NCBI GenBank assembly: GCA_964594415.1
Contig: CAZQLQ010000003.1
Location: 6,224-70,223 of the forward strand
Reading direction: 5' to 3'
DNA from: an uncultured Candidatus Saccharibacteria bacterium
GTDB taxonomy: Bacteria; Patescibacteriota; CPR2; UBA1875; CAIMLA01
Length of the DNA stretch: 64,000 bases
In this document: one piece after another, positions 9,859-19,899 of the stretch
Layout: each line of letters starts with the position of its first letter
Position numbering within the stretch: position 1 is the stretch's first letter
Program-made: the position numbers and the translations under genes
The notes under the pieces: generated by a model
Told to the model about the DNA's origin: nothing
The model's input: only the letters and a program-made list of their open reading frames with translations
Database searches by the model: none

Positions 9859-10398
9859 TTATAGTGTCATTCGTAAATTTACGACTGGATATTTTCTCAG
9901 AGAATCAACAAAGCAATTTGTCGCAAAGTCTATAGAACCTTGCTTTAGACGCTGGAAAAGTTTATAGGCTTCGCTTACGTCAAACCGTTGTAATGAATCA
10001 AGCTCACTAATTTCGTATGAGTTCGACTTTGCAAACTCCTCATATTCCTTAAGCAGCCTCGTATTAAGCTCCCCTGAAGGTTCCAAGAAAGCGAAATTGA
10101 ACAAATCTATCTCGGCAGAACAAACCCTTCCAACTACAATTGATTCTGGCATCCATGACAAGCAAACAGCGTTTATTTCCATGACACTTCTTCCGTCGGG
10201 AGTTAAGTAAACACTATAAAATCTCGGATCAGACTTCTTCTGAATTGCTGCCCTCATATAGATCTCTCTAAGATTATTAATTAGAAGCGATTTATTTATT
10301 TCTAGCAATACCCTCCAATCAATCGTGTTACTTCCGCAAATTGAAATTTCTTGCATCAAGCATATCCCTCCCTCAATATACAAATTCAACACCAACAA
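9859..10398 (-). CDS. Hypothetical protein
   Basis: ORF with an internal GGAGG SD (true start probably near MQEIS); own terminator. Confidence 0.6.
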   Translation of the reverse strand: MLVLNLYIEGGICLMQEISICGSNTIDWRVLLEINKSLLINNLREIYMRAAIQKKSDPRFYSVYLTPDGRSVMEINAVCLSWMPESIVVGRVCSAEIDLFNFAFLEPSGELNTRLLKEYEEFAKSNSYEISELDSLQRFDVSEAYKLFQRLKQGSIDFATNCFVDSLRKYPVVNLRMTL

Positions 10399-10502
10399 AA
10401 AATAATTATAATTTTCAAGCTACCACCTCTTATAGGTCATATTTCAGATGAAATGATAATAAACCAGCCATATACCATTTGCAACACAAAAAAAACCCGC
10501 CT

Positions 10503-11102
10503 TTAGGCGGGTTCACTAAGGTCTAACCAATTATCGTTTCTAAATTCTAACGGTTCTTTAAAAGCATGGATCATTTGTGCAAATTCTCTCAAGAAGTAAA
10601 GTTCCTCTGCGGTAAATTTTGCAGCTGACAGATATTCATCCGCAACTCTTTCTAGCATCGAAAAGGGTTGTGCCAAAATAACCCTTTCTCCGTCCCCATA
10701 GTATCTTTCTCTGTCCCCCGATACTATTAGTTGGTGATTAATCAGCGCATTATAAAGAGTTATAACCAGATAAGTGTTTCTTGCTTTATATCTGACAGAC
10801 AAACAATATTGTTCCAGCTCTTCCTGAAAACGTGAGGGAAGATCAAAATACATTATTTCCTCAACAATTTCTGGCAATGATATGCAGTCAACGTAAATAG
10901 GTTCTTTTGATTGTGCGATTGACCCAAGAAAAATATTCGATAAATAAAATTTTTCTTGTAAAGTGACCGCGGGACCAATACTTTTTGCTTTTGACCGAAA
11001 AAGCTCGGCAACTAGGGTTGGTAGACGAATAGACGGTCCTTGATTATCTCTTCCTTTCTTCAAGATTTTTTCGTTACTCTCCGCCCAGCTCAAATCCGGC
11101 AT
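10503..11102 (-). CDS. Hypothetical protein
   Basis: 199-aa ORF, AAGGAGG SD, terminator cccgcc-taaa-ggcggg-T-run overlapping the stop. Confidence 0.65.
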   Translation of the reverse strand: MPDLSWAESNEKILKKGRDNQGPSIRLPTLVAELFRSKAKSIGPAVTLQEKFYLSNIFLGSIAQSKEPIYVDCISLPEIVEEIMYFDLPSRFQEELEQYCLSVRYKARNTYLVITLYNALINHQLIVSGDRERYYGDGERVILAQPFSMLERVADEYLSAAKFTAEELYFLREFAQMIHAFKEPLEFRNDNWLDLSEPA

Positions 11103-11397
11103 TTACCCATTGCCCTCCTTTCAAGGTACCCTCCGTACCGAAATAACCGAACAACTCACAATTAAAAGAATTATACGTATAAAATAAAAAAAAGTAAATC
11201 AAGGAAGATCTTTTGTTGTTTCAACCTAGTAGTCTCCTTGCCAAAACTGGCTTGTAATTTTTTGGTACTTCTACTCCAAATTTTTAACAAGCGAAGAATG
11301 CCGTATGATTCTTTTTTATAAATAAAAAGGATAGATTTGTTTCAATATCTATCCCTTGTAAAAATAAATTTTTAATATTCTAATGTAATTAAAAATA

Positions 11398-11868
11398 TTA
11401 GACTTGTTTTTGAGCTTTTAGTTTTTCTTCTTCATGAATTTTAAACAATAAGTTTTTTGCTTCTGTGTAAGCAAGCAGAACATCTAGCGGTAAAAAGGTT
11501 ACTATTGCATCACGCCACTTGTCGTCATAAAAACTCTCCCCTGGTGTATAAAACCAATCTGCAAAACCCTCTGTTCTTATAAGGGCATCCGGATAGTACT
11601 TAACTACATAGCCGTCATAGATGTTTATAAACCTAGCTTCCTTTACGCCTCTTTCCCTTGAAATTTTAACAATTTCCAGAGCATACCTGATTAGTCCTTT
11701 CTCGCTAATGCAAATCGGTTTTTTGCCTTCTTCTCTTAAGGCGAAAAGAGCCATTAGCGCAACTTGATTTGAAAAAATAGTATAGTTGCCCAGGATTTCT
11801 GTTAAGTTCACTGACCAATCTGACAAACTCCAACACCTCCAATATGTTTTTATATATTTTATTGACAA
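11398..11868 (-). CDS. Hypothetical protein
   Basis: ORF with an internal GGAGG SD (start probably at TTG of LSDWSV); downstream hairpin. Confidence 0.6.
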   Translation of the reverse strand: MSIKYIKTYWRCWSLSDWSVNLTEILGNYTIFSNQVALMALFALREEGKKPICISEKGLIRYALEIVKISRERGVKEARFINIYDGYVVKYYPDALIRTEGFADWFYTPGESFYDDKWRDAIVTFLPLDVLLAYTEAKNLLFKIHEEEKLKAQKQV

Positions 11869-11974
11869 GATACAACATTACTTTAAAGCCGCTTGAATTC
11901 TATCACTAAAAGCTAGACTTTTAAATTAAGAAGTTACTGTATGGCCTACTTTCTGGTTCGCATCGCCAGAGCTT

Positions 11975-12016
11975 CAGAAGAAAATAATCCACCAGGTGGT
12001 GGATTATTTTCTTCTG
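11975..12016 (-). terminator. 19-bp perfect inverted repeat directly after tRNA-Ile2
   Basis: cagaagaaaataatccacc-aggt-ggtggattattttcttctg. Confidence 0.75.
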
Positions 12017-12090
12017 GTGGGCCCGGCTGGATTTGAACCAGCGACCAATCGGTTATGAGCCGACTGCTCTAACCACTGAGCTACGGGCCC
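12015..12090 (-). tRNA. tRNA-Ile2 (CAT, lysidine-modified)
   Basis: Cloverleaf GGGCCCG...CTCATAA...ACCA with C4-G69/C5-G68; divergent from tilS. Confidence 0.85.
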
Positions 12091-12162
12091 TCGTTAAAAT
12101 TCGCTATCAGGCTACATAAATATTTACTCTATTTATTTCACCTTTTCGCAATTTTTCCTCTT

Positions 12163-12193
12163 CCCCTAAAAATCTACGATTTTTGGGGACCCC
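12163..12193. repeat. GGGGTCCCC-type palindromic element, copy 1
   Basis: Minus strand ggggtccccaaaaatcgtagatttttagggg; similar to 45463-45494. Confidence 0.6.
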
Positions 12194-12354
12194 TTTATTC
12201 AAGAAGGGCCGACGAAGTTTTGCCAATTAGATTTTTGAAAAGAACCTTTCGGTTCTCGCTGGTGTATTATAGCAAATTTTTATCCCTTTTAGCAACCGCA
12301 TTATCAAGCACGATTTATATTCAATTCAGAGCGAAAAGATGGTAAAATATAAGC

Positions 12355-13710
12355 GTGAATAGTTTGATTACGAAATTTAAGGAAAATTTAAAGGTCTGCA
12401 ACATAAAAAATGGGCAGACTATTATTCTCGCTGTTTCTGGAGGAATTGACTCAGTCACAATGTTAGATCTATTTCTATCAGTGAAAAAAGATTATGCCCT
12501 TAAGTTAGTTGTCGCCCATCTAAATCACAGTGTCAGGGAAGATTCGGATACAGATGAGAGGTTTGTAAAAAGTCTGGCGAAAAAGAACAAACTTACTTTT
12601 GTCAGCAAGAAAATTAATCCTTCGAAAACAGGGAATCTAGAAGAGGAGCTAAGAAACGAAAGAAAAATATTTTTAAGCCAATGCGCCGAAAGCTTCAATG
12701 CCGACTACATTTCTTTGGCACATAACAAAAACGACCAGGCAGAAACATTCTTTCTCAACCTAATCCGTGGAAGTGGTCCTGCAGGCTTAAGCGCCATGAA
12801 TCTTACAGATGGAAAGAATATTCGTCCCCTGCTTAACATTTCCCGTGATGATATTAAAAATTATGCGGAAAAAAAGAAATTAGAATGGCACGAGGACAGC
12901 ACAAATAAAGATGTTCGCTACAGCCGTAATCTTCTTAGATTGAAGATATTACCCGAACTTGAAAAAATAAACCCAGAATGGCTTGAAAACATATTTCGGA
13001 CGGCACAGATTCAAAGAGAGATCGATGTTTTTATGAAAAAAGAGGCAGGAGAGATCATTAAAAATAAATCGACTCTCGATGTTAATCAGCTGAAAAAATT
13101 AGAGGATCCTCTACTCTTTGAGATTCTTGGGATATCTTATGAACGCAAAAAGGGCGACCGTAAAGAACTGTCACTGAAGAACTTGCAGGATTTGAAAAAT
13201 TTAATTCAGAAAACGGGCGGGACAAAGAAGTTAAATTTACCAAAAAATATTACGGCAGTAAGAAGCTATGCCAATCTTGATTTTTTGGCAAAAAAAGAGG
13301 ATAATAAAGAACCGGTGTTGCTACATTCAAAAGCTATTAAAATCGGAAAAACCGTATTCAACGATTGGGTAATTACTGCCAAAGTAGCTGCCAAATCAAC
13401 CACGCCAGATAAAGAAACAATATTTATCGAGCTCGATAGCTTGAAAGACATAGAAATCCGAACAAGAAAAAGCGGAGATAAAATAGTAATAGAAGGCGTT
13501 GGGACAAAAAAATTACAAGACATCTTCGTTGATTCAAAAGTAGATTTGAATAAACGTAAAATCTGGCCGGTTGTATATGATAGAAATGAAGATAAGATAA
13601 TCTGGATTCCAGGACTAGAATCAACTAGAAGATTACTGCCAGAAAAAAACAGAAATATTATCAAACTAACAGCAAAGGAAGTATTAGATGAAAAAGCAAA
13701 CAAAATATAA
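12355..13710 (+). CDS. tilS: tRNA(Ile)-lysidine synthetase
   Basis: AVSGGIDS PP-loop, AHNKNDQAET, RPLL, DSTN...RN motifs, TilS-C domain; GTG start 6 nt after TGnTAAAAT. Confidence 0.96.
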   Translation: MNSLITKFKENLKVCNIKNGQTIILAVSGGIDSVTMLDLFLSVKKDYALKLVVAHLNHSVREDSDTDERFVKSLAKKNKLTFVSKKINPSKTGNLEEELRNERKIFLSQCAESFNADYISLAHNKNDQAETFFLNLIRGSGPAGLSAMNLTDGKNIRPLLNISRDDIKNYAEKKKLEWHEDSTNKDVRYSRNLLRLKILPELEKINPEWLENIFRTAQIQREIDVFMKKEAGEIIKNKSTLDVNQLKKLEDPLLFEILGISYERKKGDRKELSLKNLQDLKNLIQKTGGTKKLNLPKNITAVRSYANLDFLAKKEDNKEPVLLHSKAIKIGKTVFNDWVITAKVAAKSTTPDKETIFIELDSLKDIEIRTRKSGDKIVIEGVGTKKLQDIFVDSKVDLNKRKIWPVVYDRNEDKIIWIPGLESTRRLLPEKNRNIIKLTAKEVLDEKANKI

Positions 13711-15502
13711 CAATTTTATTATTTTTATAGTAATCGTATTAATGCTTGCTGTTGGCTATACCTTGATGGGACAAACCTCAAAGCCTGAAAAAGTCGCGAT
13801 AAGCAAGATAGCCGAAGAAGTAAAGGCAGGAAATATTAAGTCCATTACCGTAAACGGCACTCAAATAACAGCTGAAACCACTGATGACAAGAAGATTACT
13901 TCTGAAATTGGCGAAAACACTGACATTACTACAACGCTAAAGGACCTGGGAGCCGATCCTAGCAAGGTAACTCTAGATATCAAGCCAAACACAAGCAATT
14001 CCATCTGGGTCGCTGTTCTTACAAGCTTGGTCCCATTTGTTCTGATAATCGTATTTTTCTATATTATCTTAAAGCAAGCTCAGGGAGGTAACAACCAAGC
14101 ACTTTCTTTCGGAAAGTCGCAAGCCAGACTCGCTGATGCAAGCGCTCAAAAAGTTACTTTTGCAGATGTGGCCGGTTCAACCGAAGCAAAACAAGAATTG
14201 ACAGAAGTCGTAGAGTTCTTAAAATTTCCTAAAAAGTTCACTACACTAGGTGCCAAGGTTCCAAGAGGAGTATTGCTTTACGGTCCTCCAGGAACTGGAA
14301 AGACCCTACTCGCCAAGGCGGTAGCCGGTGAGGCTGGAGTTCCGTTTTTCTCGATTTCCGGTTCAGAATTCGTAGAAATGTTTGTTGGCGTAGGCGCGTC
14401 AAGAGTGCGAGATCTTTTTTCAAAAGCAAAGAAGAATGCTCCATGCATTATATTCATAGACGAAATAGACGCTGTTGGGCGACAAAGAGGAACTGGAATG
14501 GGTGGATCCCACGACGAAAGAGAGCAAACACTAAATCAAATACTTGTTGAGATGGATGGCTTTGAAACTGACACAAACGTAATCGTAATGGCGGCCACGA
14601 ATCGGCCTGACGTGCTAGATCCGGCATTACTTCGCCCTGGAAGGTTTGATCGCCGAGTAATTTTGGCTCTGCCTGACATAGAAGAAAGAGATGCCATACT
14701 CAAGGTTCACGCTAAGAACAAACCCCTCGCAAAAAATGTAGATTTGCATACAATTTCTAGACAAACTCCTGGTTTTTCAGGCGCAGATCTTGCGAATATC
14801 CTAAATGAAGCTGCTATTCTGGCAGCACGCGAGAATGCCAAGAATATTTCTATGAATAATATCGAGAAGGCAGTAGAAAAAGTATTTTTAGGCCCAGAAC
14901 GCAAGAGTTCGGTTTTAACCGAGAAGGAGAAGAAGATCACCGCCTATCATGAAGCAGGACACGCAGTAATAGGCCACTTGCTAGCTCACACCGATCCTAT
15001 TCACAAGATATCTATTATCTCAAGAGGTATGGCGCTTGGTGTCACCTGGAGCTTACCTTTAGAAGATAAAAAACTGAGATCAAAAGCAGAGCTAGAAGAT
15101 GAGATTGCGATGCTTCTTGGCGGTAGAGCTGCAGAAAAGCTGATATTTAAAGATATTACTACTGGTGCCTCAAATGATATGGAAACGGCAACAAAAATTG
15201 CTAGAGAGATGGTAACAAGATACGGAATGAGCGAAAAGCTTGGAAACAGAGTTTACGGACGAAAAAATGAACTAGTATTCCTTGGCAAGGAGTTGGGAGA
15301 ACACGATAAGGACTATTCAGAAGAAGTAGCAGCGGAAATAGACACCGAGGTATCAAAAATCATAGATAGCGCTTACAGGCTTGCTGAAAAAACGATAGAA
15401 AAGAATAAGGCAAAGCTAGAAAAAATAGCAACAAAGCTTCTAGAAAAAGAAACAATCGAGGCGGATGAATTCAAGACCCTTATGGGTACTGCTAAGGCTT
15501 AA
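13688..15502 (+). CDS. ftsH: ATP-dependent zinc metalloprotease FtsH
   Basis: 2 TM helices, [19 protein letters not shown] and HEAGH motifs. Confidence 0.98.
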   Translation: MKKQTKYNNFIIFIVIVLMLAVGYTLMGQTSKPEKVAISKIAEEVKAGNIKSITVNGTQITAETTDDKKITSEIGENTDITTTLKDLGADPSKVTLDIKPNTSNSIWVAVLTSLVPFVLIIVFFYIILKQAQGGNNQALSFGKSQARLADASAQKVTFADVAGSTEAKQELTEVVEFLKFPKKFTTLGAKVPRGVLLYGPPGTGKTLLAKAVAGEAGVPFFSISGSEFVEMFVGVGASRVRDLFSKAKKNAPCIIFIDEIDAVGRQRGTGMGGSHDEREQTLNQILVEMDGFETDTNVIVMAATNRPDVLDPALLRPGRFDRRVILALPDIEERDAILKVHAKNKPLAKNVDLHTISRQTPGFSGADLANILNEAAILAARENAKNISMNNIEKAVEKVFLGPERKSSVLTEKEKKITAYHEAGHAVIGHLLAHTDPIHKISIISRGMALGVTWSLPLEDKKLRSKAELEDEIAMLLGGRAAEKLIFKDITTGASNDMETATKIAREMVTRYGMSEKLGNRVYGRKNELVFLGKELGEHDKDYSEEVAAEIDTEVSKIIDSAYRLAEKTIEKNKAKLEKIATKLLEKETIEADEFKTLMGTAKA

Positions 15503-17130
15503 TGGAAAGAGTTAGAAAATTTTGGTATTTTATCTCGAATAAAAAGCTGACAATTGGAAATGCAGCGGTAGTCTTGGGTGTTACTGGCCTAATCTCTAAT
15601 GTGCTTGGATTATACAGAGAAAGAATGATTGCGGGTACATTCGGCGCAGGCCCAATGACCGACGCCTTTTATGCATCATTCAGACTCCCAGATATGATAT
15701 TCAACTTGTTAATACTAGGTGCTCTCTCAAGCGCTTTCATACCCGTGTTTGTTGAAAAGGTTACTGAAGGCGAAAATGATGAGGCCAATTGCATAGCTAA
15801 CTCATTTTTGAATTTCATATTAATAGCCGTAATTGTCTTTGGAATCGTTATTTTCATATTAGCACCCCAATTAGTCCCTTTCTTGTTTCCAGGTTTTTTT
15901 AATAATTCAGATCAAATAGATTTTAATATCTATCAAACAACAGTAAATATGACAAGAATCTTAATAATCTCTCCGATTATCTTTTCGATTTCAAATGTAT
16001 TTGGAGGAATTCTAAACTCCCACAAAAGATTTATTGCTTATTCTATAGCGCCTCTCGTTTACAATCTTGCAATTATCATTTCTATTATTTTTTTCGCCGA
16101 CAAGCTTGAAACTCCTATATACGTTCTAACTTTCGGGGTTCTTGCGGGAGCCTTATGCCACCTACTTATACAGCTTCCTTCCGTCTTAAGCACAGGATAC
16201 AGATGGAAACCAGAAATAAATTTTAAGAAAGGGCAGGTTGCAAGGATACTCAAGCTTATGGCTCCTCGAGTTCTTGCGATAGGTGTGAATCAGATAAACC
16301 TTTTCGTTGATACTATTATTGCTTCTTTTTTTGTCGGAGGAATTACTGTACTTAATTTTGCAAACAATATTCAGACTGCCCCTACTGTGATTTTTGGGAT
16401 ATCTATTGCAACAGCTATTTTTCCGGTTCTCTCTGAAGCAAAAGCAAAAAATGATATGGCAGATTTTATGAAAAACTTTTCTTGGAGTGCTAGAAGAATT
16501 TTGTTTTTTATGATACCTTCCACAATTGGAATTATCGTACTCAGAGCTCAAATAGTCCGTCTAATCTATGGTATCGGTCATTTTTCTTGGGACAATACGT
16601 ACTGGACTACCAAAGTCCTTCTGTTTTTCTCTTTCGGGCTGATAGCACAAGCGATTATCCCTCTTCTAGTAAGAGCTTTTTACGCAATCCAAGACACCAA
16701 GACCCCATTTTATATCAGTCTTGTAGTGATGGTGGTAAATGCTGTTTTGTCTGTTACTCTTCCATCTATTGAGTCGCTTCAACTTGGAGTTGCAGGAATT
16801 GCCCTCGCTTTTTCAATCGCTGGAATAATAAATGCAATTCTCCTGGTCTTCTATTTGCACGAGAAAATTGGTGCTTTTGATAAAGATAATAAGATTTTTG
16901 AATCAACTTCTAGACTAGTGATCGCATCCTTTTTGATGGGATTAGCAACCTATGGATCTCTTTATTTGTTTGATATTTTTGTGAATACTGCTTTTGTGTG
17001 GGGACTTCTCGCACAAACCTTTGGTGCAATTTTTGTTGGAGTATTTACTTACTTTATTCTTACCTGGTTATTCAAGTGCGAAGAGACCGTCTATCTTTTG
17101 AGAAAGTTCAAAATTATTGGAAAGATATAA
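15502..17130 (+). CDS. murJ: Lipid II flippase MurJ/MviN
   Basis: DAFYASFRLPD..F...GALSSAFIPVF and RAFYA.QDTKTP motifs; many TM helices. Confidence 0.95.
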   Translation: MERVRKFWYFISNKKLTIGNAAVVLGVTGLISNVLGLYRERMIAGTFGAGPMTDAFYASFRLPDMIFNLLILGALSSAFIPVFVEKVTEGENDEANCIANSFLNFILIAVIVFGIVIFILAPQLVPFLFPGFFNNSDQIDFNIYQTTVNMTRILIISPIIFSISNVFGGILNSHKRFIAYSIAPLVYNLAIIISIIFFADKLETPIYVLTFGVLAGALCHLLIQLPSVLSTGYRWKPEINFKKGQVARILKLMAPRVLAIGVNQINLFVDTIIASFFVGGITVLNFANNIQTAPTVIFGISIATAIFPVLSEAKAKNDMADFMKNFSWSARRILFFMIPSTIGIIVLRAQIVRLIYGIGHFSWDNTYWTTKVLLFFSFGLIAQAIIPLLVRAFYAIQDTKTPFYISLVVMVVNAVLSVTLPSIESLQLGVAGIALAFSIAGIINAILLVFYLHEKIGAFDKDNKIFESTSRLVIASFLMGLATYGSLYLFDIFVNTAFVWGLLAQTFGAIFVGVFTYFILTWLFKCEETVYLLRKFKIIGKI

Positions 17131-18912
17131 ATGAATCAAGATAGAATTAGAAACTTTTGTATAATCGCCCACATAGATCACGGTAAATCAACGCTAGCTG
17201 ACCGTTTTTTAGAAATAACAGGGACAATTGAAAAAAGAGATATGAAAAGTCAGGTATTAGATACTATGGAGCTTGAGCAAGAACGCGGCATAACTATCAA
17301 ACTGCAGCCAGCTAGAATGGAATACAAGGGACATATATTAAATCTAATTGATACACCTGGACATGTCGACTTCACCTATGAAGTTTCTCGGTCTCTTGCA
17401 GCCGTGGAGGGCGCAATATTAGTTGTAGACGCCTCACAAGGAATAGAGGCACAAACGCTTTCAAATATATATCTTGCGATGGAACATAATCTCGAAATTA
17501 TACCTGTAGTAAACAAGATCGACCTTCCTCACGCAGAGCCAGAAAAAGTTGCAAAGGAAATAATCGACCTTCTAGGAGTAAGGCATGAAGAGATTATTTT
17601 TGCTTCAGGTAAAACCGGCGAGGGAGTTGCTGATATTCTAGATGCAATTATTGATAGATTTCCCGCACCTTCAGGGGATCAAAATGGTCCTTTTCGCGCA
17701 CTAATATTCGATTCTTTTTATGACTCATACAAAGGAGTAGTTACTTATGCTCGAGTAGTTGACGGATCGCTACCAAAAGGTACCAGGCTTTATATGATGG
17801 GGACCAAAAGCACTGCAGAAGCACTTGAAATCGGCTATATGAGGCCAAAGCTTTCTCCAGAAAAAAGGATTGAATGCGGAGAAATCGGGTACATAGTTAC
17901 TGGGCTCAAGGATGTTTCTGAAGCCAGAGTTGGAGATACAGTAACAATTCTTGGCGAAAAGAGTGCTGAGGCCCTACCAGGGTACAAAAAAGTAAAACCA
18001 TTTGTGTTTGCCGGTATTTACACGACCGAAGGGGATGATTTTCCACTTCTTAGAACTGCTCTAGGAAAACTGTCGCTTTCTGATTCATCCCTTCAATATG
18101 AACCGGAGAATTCAAGTGCTCTCGGATTCGGTTTCCGTTGCGGATTTTTGGGACTGTTACACATGGAGATAATCAAAGAACGACTGGAAAGAGAATTCAA
18201 CCTCGATCTGCTCGTTACTACCCCATCTGTTTCTTACGAGGTCATTAAGAACAATAAAGAACTTGTTGCTCTAAATAGCCCAGCAGAGTTACCTGACAGG
18301 TCGCAGATATTTGAGATTAGAGAGCCCTGGACCAAGACCGAAATAGTAACTCCCACAGAATACATAGGCAATGTTATGGAACTAATAAGCAGTCATAGAG
18401 GAATATTCAATTCGATAGATTATCTCGAAGAAACTCGCGTAATTATAAAAGCAGAGCTACCGCTCTCACAAATTGTCACTGATTTTTATGACAGTTTAAA
18501 AAGTATTTCTAGCGGCTACGCTTCTATGAACTACGAATTTACAGGCTATCGCGCTGGAGATTTGGTAAAACTAGATATTTTTGTCGCAGAAACCCCTGTT
18601 GACACACTATCCTTGCTCGTTCATCGCAGTGAAGCACAATCCGTAGGGAAAAATATAGTAGAAAGACTAAAAGATCTCATACCTAGGCAGCTCTTTAAGG
18701 TCGCCCTTCAGGCTGCAATCGGCGGAAAGATAATTGCCCGCGAAGATATTCCTGCTATGCGAAAAGATGTAACTGCGAAGCTTTACGGCGGTGATATCTC
18801 CAGAAAAATGAAACTTCTAAACAAACAAAAGGAAGGGAAAAAGAAAATGAAGCGCCTCGGCAAAGTCGACATCCCTTCGAATGTCTTTATGGAGCTACTA
18901 AAGCGAAACTAA
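17131..18912 (+). CDS. lepA: Translation elongation factor 4
   Basis: AHIDHGKSTLADR, DTPGHVDF, GFRCGFLGLLH and RKDVTAK motifs. Confidence 0.98.
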   Translation: MNQDRIRNFCIIAHIDHGKSTLADRFLEITGTIEKRDMKSQVLDTMELEQERGITIKLQPARMEYKGHILNLIDTPGHVDFTYEVSRSLAAVEGAILVVDASQGIEAQTLSNIYLAMEHNLEIIPVVNKIDLPHAEPEKVAKEIIDLLGVRHEEIIFASGKTGEGVADILDAIIDRFPAPSGDQNGPFRALIFDSFYDSYKGVVTYARVVDGSLPKGTRLYMMGTKSTAEALEIGYMRPKLSPEKRIECGEIGYIVTGLKDVSEARVGDTVTILGEKSAEALPGYKKVKPFVFAGIYTTEGDDFPLLRTALGKLSLSDSSLQYEPENSSALGFGFRCGFLGLLHMEIIKERLEREFNLDLLVTTPSVSYEVIKNNKELVALNSPAELPDRSQIFEIREPWTKTEIVTPTEYIGNVMELISSHRGIFNSIDYLEETRVIIKAELPLSQIVTDFYDSLKSISSGYASMNYEFTGYRAGDLVKLDIFVAETPVDTLSLLVHRSEAQSVGKNIVERLKDLIPRQLFKVALQAAIGGKIIAREDIPAMRKDVTAKLYGGDISRKMKLLNKQKEGKKKMKRLGKVDIPSNVFMELLKRN

Positions 18913-18947
18913 TATCCTTCAAATGCAATGAGAAGTTTTTTAAAATA

Positions 18948-19113
18948 GTTCTCTCTACGCTCGAACAATAAATATTGTATCATCCTCGCACACGCGGGGA
19001 TCTACCTATATCTCTGCTTCGCCCAGCACTTTTTATAGTGCTGTGGTCATCCCGTCCGACGGCTCCGATGAGTTCGTGTCGGACTCCGTCGGAGAGCGAA
19101 GTCGAAGAATCTC
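18948..19113. repeat. Cluster of REP-like and nested palindromes
   Basis: atcctcgc-acac-gcggggat (18982-19001); cagcact/agtgctg; tccgacgg...[tccga...tcgga]...ccgtcgga (19055-19093) inside gtcatcc...gagcgaagtcgaagaatctc. Confidence 0.7.
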
Positions 19114-19128
19114 ATAATTTCAACCTCA

Positions 19129-19157
19129 TTGACCTTGAGGTCTTTTTTTGCTATAAT
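19129..19157 (+). promoter_or_regulatory. Promoter of tRNA-Asn
   Basis: TTGACC-N17-TATAAT with extended TG. Confidence 0.8.
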
Positions 19158-19179
19158 TTCATAGTTGAAAGCGTAATAT

Positions 19180-19254
19180 TCCCGGGTAGCTCAGTGGTAG
19201 AGCAGTTGGCTGTTAACCAATTGGTCGTCGGTTCGAATCCGACCCCGGGAGCCA
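19180..19254 (+). tRNA. tRNA-Asn (GTT)
   Basis: Cloverleaf TCCCGGG...CTGTTAA...TTCGAAT...CCCGGGA-G-CCA. Confidence 0.96.
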
Positions 19255-19308
19255 TTAAAAGAGACGAGGTAAATGCCTGGTCTTTTTTCATTTCTGGTCG
19301 GATAAGAA

Positions 19309-19425
19309 GTTTATCCGCCCCAGGCGGAAATCCGACCCCGAGAGCCAAAACAAATTAGTCTTTATCAAGCCTTTTTTTGTGTATTCCGATTCGTGAGCTA
19401 GAACGACTTGTGATAAGATTGTCTT
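19309..19425 (+). repeat. Cassette spacer 1: tRNA-Asn 3'-end copy + terminator-like tract + promoter
   Basis: aatccgaccccgagagcca (19329-19347) matches the tRNA 3' end at 18/19; then agtctttatcaagcc-T7; then TGaTAAGAT-N6-ATG. Confidence 0.85.
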
Positions 19426-19845
19426 ATGGAAAAAAAGAATACTAATGCACTGCAAAAATTATCAGTTTCAATAATAAACGTCTTTTTTGTTTTGCTTTTA
19501 TCGATCCCGTTTTACCTCATATACGGTTTTGGCAATGAGTATAAGATAGCGCTAGTCGTTATTTTTCTGGTTTACAATTTAGTCTTTATTTTTACTACAA
19601 AAAACAGATGCTTAGGGATGATTTTTCTCAATATTTACTGGAAGGAAGAATATCCATTTAAAAATCAAGTTATTTATGTGTTTTTATACACTCTCAGTTT
19701 CTCCACTGCTGTTATATGGATATTTTTCCCGTTTGACCTACTCTTAATAAACTTGCTTTTTATTCAATTTCCATTTGTCTTAAAGACAGGTACAACCGCT
19801 CACGGTTATTTTAGTGGTAAAATGTCTGGTTACAAGAAGGATTAA
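19426..19845 (+). CDS. Small membrane protein, RDD-like
   Basis: 4 hydrophobic segments; C-terminal TAHGYFSG resembles RDD ends. Confidence 0.55.
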   Translation: MEKKNTNALQKLSVSIINVFFVLLLSIPFYLIYGFGNEYKIALVVIFLVYNLVFIFTTKNRCLGMIFLNIYWKEEYPFKNQVIYVFLYTLSFSTAVIWIFFPFDLLLINLLFIQFPFVLKTGTTAHGYFSGKMSGYKKD

Positions 19846-19899
19846 CCCAACAATTTCAAATCAGGAATATAAACATTTTCTTCCAATTTGACACAAATC

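Noticed and set aside
11089-11100. ctcaaatccggc as a tRNA-Ile2 att remnant
   Set aside because: Short, in the wrong orientation relative to the tRNA, and inside a coding start.
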